IMG/VR virus record: IMGVR_UViG_3300009093_000009
Length of the DNA stretch: 64,000 nucleotides
From: a virus
Direction: 5' to 3' (one strand)
Shown: positions 17,343 to 25,992 of the stretch, one piece after another
Layout: the number at the start of each line of letters is the position of its first letter
How positions within the stretch are numbered: position 1 is the first letter of the stretch
The notes under the pieces: model-generated
What the model was told of the DNA's origin: nothing
The model's database searches: none
What the model saw: the letters and a program-made list of their open reading frames with translations, nothing else
Position numbers and translations under genes: made by a program

Positions 17343-18401
17343 TTAGTTTCGCTTTGCGTGTGCCATCAGGTTCCCGAAGACGTCGGTCTTCTTCTTCCGC
17401 AAGGCTCCATCGAGCAGGGATGCTGTGCGATAGACGCCGCCGCGAACTGGGAACAGGTCGGGCCTGTGATCCACGGCTTCGACCGCGCTATTGTACGCTT
17501 CCCACGATGAATGATCGCCGGTATGCCCCGAGCCGCTTATCCAGAGTTCCTCCAGGGCTTCCTTGCGCTTCAGGTACCGCGCTACGACGCTATCGGCCAT
17601 CTTCGCCTCCGGCGTCCAGCTATCGTGCTTCGTGGGATCGGGCGCGACCGCATCGACGACAAGGCGCTGGAACAGGTCGGGAGTAAGGTAGGTCTGCCGC
17701 AGCCGCTCGTACGCTTCCGCCAGCAGCGTATACCGCTGGATGACATCGCCCCAAAGCGTCTGAGCCGCATCGAGTAATGCCTGCTCCGCACTCTCCGTGT
17801 GACGGACCATGATCTGATCGGATACGCCAGCGTTCTCAGCCGCGCCTAATGTGTTGGCGCACACGACACGAACCGCTGTCAGGGCGACTAAGATGCCGCG
17901 CCTGCCGTTGTGATTGTTGGCGACGAGAATATACGGGCTGATGCGGTCGGAGTGGCCTTCAAAGGCTTCCTGCACAGCCGAGGGGAACTTGGCGATTTCC
18001 AGCTTAAGCAGCATCCAGGCATCGGCTCCATCGCGCAGAACGCCCGCCGTTTCGATAGCCGCCGTCTCCGCGTCGAGCAGCGGGACCAGGATGCGGAAAG
18101 CATCGGTGTTCTGAACGACGTGGTATCGATGCTCGACTACGCCCAGTTCCTTCTGCGTATCGGGCCTGTAGGTCACGTAGGCTCCGGTAGGGATGTGCTT
18201 CGTCTCGCCGAAGTTTGCCAGCGACGGCACGACCAGATGCGTCTGCCGCTTCTCCACAGTGTAATCTAGCTTCGCCAGGGTCAGCGCCTGCTCGTAGCCC
18301 GGAGCCATCGGGAGCACGATACCCTTCTGATGCCAGGGCGTCTCCCGTACCGAGATCATCGATGCGCCGCCAGTCTCATCCATTTCCAATTCATGTGCCA
18401 T
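17343..18401 (-). CDS. DUF932 (phage/plasmid-like TIGR03299-type) protein
   Basis: MAHELEMDETG...VRETPWHQKG...ALTLAKLDYTVEKR start and overall size are typical of DUF932. Sits behind motif + AGAAGGAGAG RBS. Confidence 0.75.
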   Translation of the reverse strand: MAHELEMDETGGASMISVRETPWHQKGIVLPMAPGYEQALTLAKLDYTVEKRQTHLVVPSLANFGETKHIPTGAYVTYRPDTQKELGVVEHRYHVVQNTDAFRILVPLLDAETAAIETAGVLRDGADAWMLLKLEIAKFPSAVQEAFEGHSDRISPYILVANNHNGRRGILVALTAVRVVCANTLGAAENAGVSDQIMVRHTESAEQALLDAAQTLWGDVIQRYTLLAEAYERLRQTYLTPDLFQRLVVDAVAPDPTKHDSWTPEAKMADSVVARYLKRKEALEELWISGSGHTGDHSSWEAYNSAVEAVDHRPDLFPVRGGVYRTASLLDGALRKKKTDVFGNLMAHAKRN

Positions 18402-18418
18402 GTTTCTCTCCTTCTAAG

Positions 18419-18436
18419 TGTGACCCACGGGTCGCA
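18419..18436. repeat. Palindromic motif copy 4
   Basis: TGTGACCCACGGGTCGCA, 17 nt upstream of the DUF932 start at 18401. Confidence 0.95.
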
Positions 18437-18474
18437 TGGGCCACTGTTGTTGATAGTGCGATAGATGTGTACCG

Positions 18475-18744
18475 CTACGCCTTTAGGGGCTTCATGCCCC
18501 AATACGCCCGATGAAGGTTCTTGATCTCTATCGGGATTTTCCTGGTCCATTTAAGCATGGCCCATTCGCGAATGGCCTCATGGACCGGGATGGTTTTCAG
18601 CTTGTACTGAAGCGGCGATGTGAAATCGCCATCCTTCCCGATGGCGTCATAATCGAGAATGGGCCAGGCCAGTTCGCTGCCCACCCTGCTGATAACAAGG
18701 CCGTCGCGACCATGGACCGCGTATGTGATATGTCTCATCGGCAT
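18475..18744 (-). CDS. Hypothetical protein
   Basis: 89-aa ORF. Confidence 0.5.
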   Translation of the reverse strand: MPMRHITYAVHGRDGLVISRVGSELAWPILDYDAIGKDGDFTSPLQYKLKTIPVHEAIREWAMLKWTRKIPIEIKNLHRAYWGMKPLKA

Positions 18745-19205
18745 TCCTTATCCAGTGCGGGAAGATGATCGAGTATCCACTGATCCTGCCGGTCTAGTTC
18801 GGACTTTGTATATAGGGCAGCCTGGGCCGCAGATGATGCGGCCCAGGCTGCATCTGTCGCCGCATCCTGGCGGTTACATCTAATAACCGCAGGGCTAACA
18901 TCCGGTTCTTCTGACCTTGCTTGCGCGCGCCGTGTACCGTCCACATAAATCTCAACGTTTTCACATGTCACCGCCTCCAGGCAGGACAGAGCAAAGGAGA
19001 CGGAAAGTCCGAATTTATGGCATATCACGGATAGTACACAATCTCGGTAGTATGTATACTTCCTGTGACGTGAGAGACGCAGCGCCCTGGCGACACTCAT
19101 CGACTTCTGACCCTGTGAAAAACGCTCGATGCCCTTCGAGCAGCAGCCTGTAGCCTCGGCGTCCTGCACGGTTAGTCTATGCTGTCTCATGCTTCTATCC
19201 TTCAT
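18735..19205 (-). CDS. Hypothetical protein
   Basis: Start at MKDRSM with an ATGA overlap to the upstream stop at 19202. Confidence 0.5.
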   Translation of the reverse strand: MKDRSMRQHRLTVQDAEATGCCSKGIERFSQGQKSMSVARALRLSRHRKYTYYRDCVLSVICHKFGLSVSFALSCLEAVTCENVEIYVDGTRRAQARSEEPDVSPAVIRCNRQDAATDAAWAASSAAQAALYTKSELDRQDQWILDHLPALDKECR

Positions 19206-19528
19206 AGCATCGCCGCCAGTCTTGCGTGAAGAACTCTTTTGGCTTCGTACCGGCAGGCTTCCGATAGGGATGACGATCTTCCAGATATTGCGTAGTCCTT
19301 CTTCCACTCACGAACGCATCGGGCAAACTCCTTAACCATGCCAAGATGATACTGCCTTTGGGCCACGGGGCCTTGATGATACGTGTACCTAACTATTCTC
19401 CGCAGTATGGCCTGCGGGTTGAACACAGGCCATCCTTGATGGCAAGCGCCGTGCTTTCCGTGGAAGCAACCATCTTCCGAATGCTGCATTATCACTGGCT
19501 TTGTCCTTATGCCGCGATCATCTGGCAC
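19202..19528 (-). CDS. Hypothetical protein (start uncertain)
   Basis: GTG start at 19528, or ATG at 19489. Confidence 0.45.
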   Translation of the reverse strand: MPDDRGIRTKPVIMQHSEDGCFHGKHGACHQGWPVFNPQAILRRIVRYTYHQGPVAQRQYHLGMVKEFARCVREWKKDYAISGRSSSLSEACRYEAKRVLHARLAAML

Positions 19529-19812
19529 AGATGCCGAACATCACGGATGGTCAGTTCCCGGCTCATCACGCGCCGCCTTGCCGGAATGTCGAAGCCATCG
19601 ACTTCTTTGGTGCCGGGATAGATGCGAGTGACTTCGATCCTGATTCCCTGCGGGTTCTCCTTGATGGTATCGAGGAGTGAGCTTGCTAAGTCCCACACGG
19701 TACAGAAGTGTCCACTAGTATACACTCCATCGTACATTTTCAGCACGGTGATTTCGTCGCCTGGAGCGTAATCTTCCAGGTCGTACTCATTGTTTTTGCC
19801 TATCAATTCCAT
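19507..19812 (-). CDS. Hypothetical protein
   Basis: 101-aa ORF with an AAGGAG RBS. Confidence 0.55.
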   Translation of the reverse strand: MELIGKNNEYDLEDYAPGDEITVLKMYDGVYTSGHFCTVWDLASSLLDTIKENPQGIRIEVTRIYPGTKEVDGFDIPARRRVMSRELTIRDVRHLCQMIAA

Positions 19813-19851
19813 TGCAATACTCCTTGCCGCCTATCGGTCGGGCGAAAGAAT

Positions 19852-19874
19852 GGCCCGGTGATAATCACCGGGCC
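19852..19874. terminator. Perfect 10-bp hairpin (GGCCCGGTGA taa TCACCGGGCC)
   Basis: Intergenic position inside the leftward arm. Only weak T-runs on either side. Confidence 0.4.
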
Positions 19875-19996
19875 TGGTTACACTCACATTTGATTTTTCT
19901 ACTTACGCGACTGCCTGCCTTGCTCGTATCCGAGAAACCAGGCGAACAGCAGCACGCCAAACAGTCCGATGACCGCCATCCATTCCGCGCCATGTA

Positions 19997-20536
19997 TCAC
20001 GATCCGCCTACCGTGCGGATGCCGCATCGAGCAAGAAGCTGCTCGGAAGTGAACATGGTGTAGACCGTAGCCAGATGTTCATCGTAAGCCTTCTTATCGA
20101 AGCCATTCGATGCCTGGCTGCGGATTGCATCGTGGATGGCTGCCGTGAACTCAGGCGACCACGTAAGCGCGCGCATGGCTTTGATGATGCCGGTGGCCGC
20201 ATCGGTCAGAATAATCTGAACCAGCGCTCGCTCCGATAATGTCGGCTCCGGATTGGGCATGGCACGCTCGGATTCCGGCACCACCCACCACGTAAACGGC
20301 GCATCGCTCCACTGGATAGACTTACCGAACCGATAGAGCAGGAAGATGATAGTGCCTTCCACAAGCAGCCCGAACTCTGCCTCTCCATGCCGAATGTCGG
20401 AAACTTCCTGTATAGACGGCCTATTCAGGAACATACGCAGTTCGTGTCCACCCCCGCGATAGTTGTAATCTACCGCCTCGGGCCACCGGGTAACATCGCG
20501 ATGGTACAGCTTCCCCACTTCGTTCTCGTACAGCAT
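19997..20536 (-). CDS. Hypothetical protein
   Basis: Start at MLYENE behind a GAGAGGAG RBS. Confidence 0.6.
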   Translation of the reverse strand: MLYENEVGKLYHRDVTRWPEAVDYNYRGGGHELRMFLNRPSIQEVSDIRHGEAEFGLLVEGTIIFLLYRFGKSIQWSDAPFTWWVVPESERAMPNPEPTLSERALVQIILTDAATGIIKAMRALTWSPEFTAAIHDAIRSQASNGFDKKAYDEHLATVYTMFTSEQLLARCGIRTVGGS

Positions 20537-20556
20537 GGCGCTCCTCTCCGATGGTA

Positions 20557-20916
20557 TCAGTAGCCCATCTTCCTCTCTTCGTAACAGTCTCGGCACTCAC
20601 CAGATCGGTAGATACGAAGATGCCTGGACGCCCTCGCGCCGCACACGATGCACTTATGATGCACGAAGGCGGGCTTTGGCGTCGGGGGCTTGGGCAGTAT
20701 CACCGCCGTGGAGTTGCAGGCGGGGCAGGTCAGCGTATCTCCAGCCCTCGCCATGAAGTGCGCTTTCCAGACATCGGGTGAAGCACCTTTCTGGATGGAT
20801 GCATACTCCGCATCGAAGGCAGGGCGCTTCCTGACGCACCGGCAGATGGCGGGCTTATCCAGGTCCATCCACTTCGGCGCGTCATCTCCCATCTTTACCT
20901 GACGCATATCCGGCAT
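20557..20916 (-). CDS. Cys-rich (multiple CxxC) protein
   Basis: 119-aa ORF with CPAC, CIVC and CRDC pairs. Confidence 0.55.
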   Translation of the reverse strand: MPDMRQVKMGDDAPKWMDLDKPAICRCVRKRPAFDAEYASIQKGASPDVWKAHFMARAGDTLTCPACNSTAVILPKPPTPKPAFVHHKCIVCGARASRHLRIYRSGECRDCYEERKMGY

Positions 20917-20949
20917 TGGCTTATCCCTCCATAGTCAAGCATCGATGTT

Positions 20950-21735
20950 CTACCATCGATCGGCATTATCCTCCACGGGAGTTTCTGCCTGTGCGCCTCC
21001 GCCGTCATGCCAGGTTCGATAGGCGTGGAGGTCGTCCACGATAGTCTTGACGTTATCAAGCAGCGACTTCAGGCTCTTTCCCTTCAGGCTAAGAAGGAAA
21101 GCGTCCAGATGCTCGTTGAGCTTGATGTCCGATGGCGCCTCAACAGGCTCGATTTCCAGGCTCTCGATGACCAGGGCCGTATGCGGATACTTGCGCCAGT
21201 TCTTCAGGGCCGCATCGGCCGCCTTGGCCCACTTGTCCACGCCTTCCAAACGCTGCGCGTTGAGTGCGTCCTGCTCCCTGGCGATGCGCTCCTGCTCGTC
21301 ACGGTCCACGCACAGGTCCAGGATGGCCTGATGGGTCGCGTCTATCAGGGTATGGCTGATCGGATTGGATACGCGCCCTCCACGCGCCTTGGCAGCATTC
21401 TGGAATTCCGTATGCCGGGCCTGGTTAGACCCGTAGATAATCCCATCGGAGTTCAGCGTATAGAACGGTTGGCTGCCGGTCAGCAGCTTTCCCTCACGCG
21501 CCCATTGCGCCGACTTCTGGCAGTCCGACAGCGCATTGCGTAGGCGCAGTAGCCTATCGGATGTCCGTATCAGACTGGCCTCGCTTGGCGCAGGGCTTGC
21601 ATCGTGAAGTGGAGCATCGACAGGTTGCTGCGTCACCTGATCGATGATACGATCCTGCGGGTAGGATAGATGCGGATTTGCTCCGGTCAGGCTATCGCGT
21701 GACGTGCCGTTGCGCTCGATGGTATCGTTGCTCAT
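20950..21735 (-). CDS. Hypothetical protein
   Basis: 261-aa ORF. Confidence 0.6.
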   Translation of the reverse strand: MSNDTIERNGTSRDSLTGANPHLSYPQDRIIDQVTQQPVDAPLHDASPAPSEASLIRTSDRLLRLRNALSDCQKSAQWAREGKLLTGSQPFYTLNSDGIIYGSNQARHTEFQNAAKARGGRVSNPISHTLIDATHQAILDLCVDRDEQERIAREQDALNAQRLEGVDKWAKAADAALKNWRKYPHTALVIESLEIEPVEAPSDIKLNEHLDAFLLSLKGKSLKSLLDNVKTIVDDLHAYRTWHDGGGAQAETPVEDNADRW

Positions 21736-21780
21736 TACTTTGCCTTTCGTCCCTTACGGGATAGAGAGTTGAGATGGAAG

Positions 21781-22047
21781 TTAATCGATGTGGAAGTGCG
21801 TCTCCACAATGGTCTTATCGTGGCCGCGAAACTTGATGGTAACAGGCACGCGGACGGCATCTATGTAAGAACCGTCCGCCAGGAGTATCGGCCTGTAAAT
21901 GTCGCTATGCGCCATGCCACACAGATCGCTCATGGCCTGGTTGATGGCCTTCTCCGTGGGCGGCAGCTTAGGATCGGGCCGATAGTCGGCGGGCAGATGC
22001 TCTGTAATCAAACGCCTTACTGCACGCCTTGAAATGCGAGTGCTCAT
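21781..22047 (-). CDS. Hypothetical protein
   Basis: 88-aa ORF behind a hairpin (22073-22097) and a GAAGGAGAA RBS. Confidence 0.55.
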   Translation of the reverse strand: MSTRISRRAVRRLITEHLPADYRPDPKLPPTEKAINQAMSDLCGMAHSDIYRPILLADGSYIDAVRVPVTIKFRGHDKTIVETHFHID

Positions 22048-22128
22048 TGATGCGGTTCTCCTTCTATGTCATGGCCCATCGCTATCCACGATGGGCCTTA
22101 TTGTCCGAACAGATTATCAAGCGCCTTG

Positions 22129-22425
22129 CTACCACGAAACCTTAATCAGATACGAGCCTGCTTCGATCAAACCGGCATTGCACATGTCGGTCATGAGCCA
22201 TCGTGCCAGCCTTGCGCCTTTGCCAGTAGCGACGAAAGCATCGATCTTCTTCTGGTGGTATTCATCGATGCTTTCAGGCTTGATTTTGAATTCGTAACTG
22301 CTGTAGTTATCGGCTTCGTGATCTGCTACGAATTCAAAATCCTGATTGTAAACCTTGGATACAAATGTGTCCAGGTCGTAATAATCTACGATGAACACTG
22401 TTTTCTTCTCGTGCTTTAGTTCCAA
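22129..22425 (-). CDS. Hypothetical protein
   Basis: 98-aa ORF, AT-richer than its neighbours. Confidence 0.55.
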   Translation of the reverse strand: MELKHEKKTVFIVDYYDLDTFVSKVYNQDFEFVADHEADNYSSYEFKIKPESIDEYHQKKIDAFVATGKGARLARWLMTDMCNAGLIEAGSYLIKVSW

Positions 22426-22434
22426 TTTGCCTCC

Positions 22435-22764
22435 CTATGGCCGACGGATGACCTTATCGCTTTGCCAATTCCACGGCTTATCAGTGACTTTGACAAGGCC
22501 ACAGGCCGGATACCTGCGCTGAATAAGCCAGCCGCCGTGAGCCTGACGCTCGACAGCTTCCACGATGTAGTACCGACACAACCCACCATCCCAACACTTC
22601 ATGCCGGGTATCTGTGGGCCTATGCCACGGCATCGACGCTTTGACGCCGCCAGCCGCTCCGCATCGCTCATAACCCTAACCGGATCGGCACGCTCGATGC
22701 GCTGCGTGACTTCATCTTTGATGCGCTGGACGCCATCGCGCCCAAGTAATGCTCCGAGTGTCAT
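22435..22764 (-). CDS. Hypothetical protein
   Basis: 109-aa ORF. Confidence 0.55.
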   Translation of the reverse strand: MTLGALLGRDGVQRIKDEVTQRIERADPVRVMSDAERLAASKRRCRGIGPQIPGMKCWDGGLCRYYIVEAVERQAHGGWLIQRRYPACGLVKVTDKPWNWQSDKVIRRP

Positions 22765-22971
22765 TTCATCAACCTTTCTGCCCTTGCGGACCAGGAAAGC
22801 GAGCCAATTGGCCCATGTGTGATAACTGTGTACCGCAGACGTTAAGCGGAACCATTGCGCTTTGACGCGCTAAGGCGGTTCTGTGACACTTTAGGCGTCT
22901 GCCGTGGCTGACAGACGCCTAAAACCGGAAATGGCCCACAGTGGCACGACGTTAGCCGTACAGGCGCAGGG

Positions 22972-23190
22972 CTATCGACCGCTGATCCACGGCATGTAGC
23001 CAAGGTCGATAGCTTCATCGACAGCGGTCTTATCACCGCTGTCAAGCCGACACGCCAGATCGAGCATACTGAGAGCCAGCCGCATCGGCCCTGCGTCTGT
23101 ACGATGGGCGCAATGGTTCCGTATCGCCATAGCCTCCCATATGGCCGCACGCACCAGAAGGCCATCGATGCACATTCTGATTTCTCCCAT
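22972..23190 (-). CDS. Hypothetical protein
   Basis: 72-aa ORF, followed by about 200 nt of non-coding DNA containing a strong hairpin. Confidence 0.45.
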   Translation of the reverse strand: MGEIRMCIDGLLVRAAIWEAMAIRNHCAHRTDAGPMRLALSMLDLACRLDSGDKTAVDEAIDLGYMPWISGR

Positions 23191-23252
23191 TTGATTTTTC
23201 TCCTCTGCCCTTACGTGCGTACACGCGGGCGCGTTATCGGGTATTGACTAAC

Positions 23253-23957
23253 CTAACTTCTCCGCATGGCAGTAAGGTATCGGCGCTCTACGGCCTTGCC
23301 CTGCGCGGCATCATAGACCAGATCGTAGGCATCGGTCTCGCTATCACGGGCTTTGTTGCGCTGCTTAGTCGCTTTGGCCCTGACATCGGCTGCGACGGCC
23401 TCTGCATCGATCCTTGCTTCTTCTTCAGGCGTAAGATCATACGCCTGATAATCGTCGCTATCCCGAAACGCCCTGATGCATCGCGGGGCATCATTGCCAC
23501 GGCACTTCATGCTGCCGCTATCGGTATTGGCGGCAAACCGATACACTTCCGCAGGCGTGGAAGGGTCTACGGGCATGATCGGAACCATCTTGGAGGTGCG
23601 CCTGATACCCGCCTTGTATGCCTCCGCGATGGATGGGTCCATCATCGATAGCTGCTGCGGGAACCGCTCCGCGCCTTTAGGCAGCTTGCCGTGCTTATTA
23701 CGCTGCGGCGCAAGTATCGCAGCGCGCGGCAGAGACGCCTGAATGCGCGATGTATACTTCCGGCTGCTGCTCGATGTGCGCGCGCCATCCAGCTTGCCCT
23801 GCGATACCATGGACTCCTTGACGCCTTGACGGGCAGACGCCTTGATAGGCTCCGGCTTATCGGGCCTTCCCACGATATGCAGCCCTGCCAACTCCTGCGA
23901 TGACGCCTTGACGTATCCGACGCCTTCCCGATAAATCCATTTGCCGAACGTACCCAT
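23253..23957 (-). CDS. Hypothetical protein
   Basis: Start at MGTFGKW behind an AGGAG RBS. Confidence 0.55.
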   Translation of the reverse strand: MGTFGKWIYREGVGYVKASSQELAGLHIVGRPDKPEPIKASARQGVKESMVSQGKLDGARTSSSSRKYTSRIQASLPRAAILAPQRNKHGKLPKGAERFPQQLSMMDPSIAEAYKAGIRRTSKMVPIMPVDPSTPAEVYRFAANTDSGSMKCRGNDAPRCIRAFRDSDDYQAYDLTPEEEARIDAEAVAADVRAKATKQRNKARDSETDAYDLVYDAAQGKAVERRYLTAMRRS

Positions 23958-24081
23958 GCTCGATACTCCTGCGGGCGGCAGCGCGATGTCGCGCTGCCGC
24001 CCGTCGCCGCCCAATTCCGGGCAGACGTGATGAAGCACCGGGTATCACACGATACCCGGTCAAAGGTGATCCTGCCCGTCC

Positions 24082-24543
24082 CTACGCGCCGCTGACGCGC
24101 CGTTCCGCATCGGCAAGTATTTTAGTCCTGATGCGAGCAGCGTGACGCTCGGCTGCGGCATCGCGTTCCTTCTCGTATCGCCGCGTGAGCATCTCCGCGC
24201 AAGCATACGCGTTTAGCGCGTGGGTCGGCGTGGGCGATAGGTGAGCATTAGAACGCATCGCATCGGCAATTCGCCTCGCTTGCGTTTCGTTGCGAGCCTG
24301 CACGGCGTAATGCTTAGGCATCGCGTAATCCGCGCAAGTCACCACGGTGAATTCCTGCGGGAATGCCAGCCTGTAGGTATCGAGGCTGGCACGTTCCGCA
24401 TCCGCATCCTTGCGCTTCATGGAGCCTGCTAGATTGTTGCGGAGCGTCTTGACTTCCCGGCGCAGACGCGCCGCATCGGCATCAGATAAGAACGTGAGCA
24501 CAAGCTCATATAGAGCGGAAGGGGCAGAGTTTAGCGTGGGCAT
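24082..24543 (-). CDS. Hypothetical protein
   Basis: 153-aa ORF. Its AGGAGC RBS directly follows a 24-bp perfect palindrome. Confidence 0.55.
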   Translation of the reverse strand: MPTLNSAPSALYELVLTFLSDADAARLRREVKTLRNNLAGSMKRKDADAERASLDTYRLAFPQEFTVVTCADYAMPKHYAVQARNETQARRIADAMRSNAHLSPTPTHALNAYACAEMLTRRYEKERDAAAERHAARIRTKILADAERRVSGA

Positions 24544-24556
24544 AGGAAATGCTCCT

Positions 24557-24580
24557 GCCTGCTACCAATTGGTAGCAGGC
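24557..24580. repeat. 24-bp perfect palindrome GCCTGCTACCAATTGGTAGCAGGC
   Basis: Read directly. Intercistronic, immediately 5' of the RBS of the 24082-24543 gene. Confidence 0.9.
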
Positions 24581-24602
24581 ATTAGGCGTGCGTAGTGGGT
24601 GG

Positions 24603-25103
24603 TTAGCGGCAGAAGGACGGAATTTTGTTGAAACCCTTACGGCGAAGTTTGGAGGTCTTGGCATCCGCCAGGTAGCTTGCCAGCAGCAAGGCGGTTTCAA
24701 CGAATACCCTCAGGTGTGGCACACACTCGTTGACGGTATCGAGGCATCCGGCAATAGTGTCTCGTTCGACGGCGGTAAACTCTCGCTTGCCGCCGTCCTC
24801 AGCGATGTAACCCTGGGTGACGAGCAGGCTGAACCGCATGTGAGCGATCATGGCATTATCGATGATCGATTGGATGCGTGCAGCGTTGTACCGTTCGGTC
24901 TTTTCTTCACCGCTATCCGTCTCAAAATCTAGCTCAAACGTGCCCATCGGAGCAGCGATCTTCGCCCACTTCTCCGTTCCGCATCCAGTGCGGTTAAGTA
25001 CATCGCAGATAGCGGTTTCTGCGATGAGCGCATCGTGAGCGATAGCATGTAGGTTATCGCAAAATGCGGCGAATTGATCGATGCGGTTTTCAGTGCGTAG
25101 CAT
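24603..25103 (-). CDS. Hypothetical protein, first gene of the long leftward arm
   Basis: 166-aa ORF preceded by a structured leader of about 235 nt. Confidence 0.55.
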   Translation of the reverse strand: MLRTENRIDQFAAFCDNLHAIAHDALIAETAICDVLNRTGCGTEKWAKIAAPMGTFELDFETDSGEEKTERYNAARIQSIIDNAMIAHMRFSLLVTQGYIAEDGGKREFTAVERDTIAGCLDTVNECVPHLRVFVETALLLASYLADAKTSKLRRKGFNKIPSFCR

Positions 25104-25338
25104 TGGTCGGTCCCTTTCGGTTGTGACTGGTTCGGCAGGCTGCTTGCAACCTGTGCAATGGCATCAGGTGAGCCTGCCGAATTCTGCGGCTATCCGTCGG
25201 TTTCGGCCCGTCCGGGTATGCCGAGCGTCGTCTTGCAGCATTCTCCGACGACGCCCATCTACCGGAGTCATGTCCCTATCGCCGATAGCCAAAAATGAAA
25301 AAAGGCTTTCCCGATAATCCGAAATTGAAAAAGAATAA

Positions 25339-25356
25339 TGTGACCCGTGGGTCGCA
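25339..25356. repeat. Palindromic motif copy 5
   Basis: TGTGACCCGTGGGTCGCA, at the head of the 235-nt leader of the long leftward arm. Confidence 0.95.
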
Positions 25357-25375
25357 TTATTACCCGATGCAGCCT

Positions 25376-25845
25376 CGCGCACGCGCGCGTATAGCTATAA
25401 GCACAGCCCTGATCCTGACGGAGAGCGATACCGGAGAATAAAGAAGAACATCGGACGACAGCACCTCCACGATGCATCTGAGCAGTTAGTACAAATTATC
25501 GAATAGTGGAAAAGCCTTGATGGAAACATCGAAACAAATTTGCTTTTCATGGATTGGATACAACGTGTCTACTAGCAAGCCCAGTAGTAGACCGCATCAA
25601 AGTCTCGATGATCCTGCGATATACTGACGCTCTATCACCAGTTTGTACAAACTCATGGATTTTCATCGTGGAGGTGCTGTCTATGGGCGCTGCACTTACC
25701 CCGATAAGCCTAGAGTAAGCACAAGACTGTATTCTATAGTAAGTATCTCTCGATAACGCGCCTGCGTGCGCGCGTACATGTGTACCTGCGCGTCTACACG
25801 CGTATATCGCGTGTGCGTGCGTACCTATATACGCGCGTGCGCGCG
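25376..25845. repeat. Non-coding segment of about 470 bp bounded by imperfect (CG/TA)-rich inverted repeats, with a nested 18-bp perfect inverted repeat
   Basis: Outer arms: 25376-25394 CGCGCACGCGCGCGTATAG and 25825-25845 CTATATACGCGCGTGCGCGCG. Inner arms: 25457-25474 GACAGCACCTCCACGATG and 25664-25681 (exact reverse complement). Hairpin at 25567-25592. RY tract at 25756-25846. Confidence 0.85.
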
Positions 25846-25927
25846 AGAGCAGACCGCCCATAATCACCGAGAGCACGATGGGAACCTATCGACTAGCGAC
25901 AACTTTGGCGCATAGGGTACAATTCTG

Positions 25928-25957
25928 TTGACAAAATGCCAAAAAGCATCGGATACT
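25928..25957 (+). promoter_or_regulatory. Candidate sigma70-type promoter of the rightward arm
   Basis: TTGACA, 18-nt spacer, GATACT, 35 nt upstream of the ATG at 25993. Confidence 0.55.
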
Positions 25958-25992
25958 GATACCAGACCATCAAACTGTCCGGAGCCATCCCG

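Noticed and set aside
22842-23165. 107-aa minus-strand ORF
   Set aside because: Overlaps the more protein-like 22972-23190 ORF in another frame. It is Cys/Arg/Trp-rich, and its 3' part covers a hairpin-containing non-coding gap.
25376-25846. Retron msr/msd, DGR template repeat, or IS200/605-type omega RNA locus
   Set aside because: Inverted repeats are present, but the window contains no reverse transcriptase and no TnpB/IscB-like ORF to accompany them.
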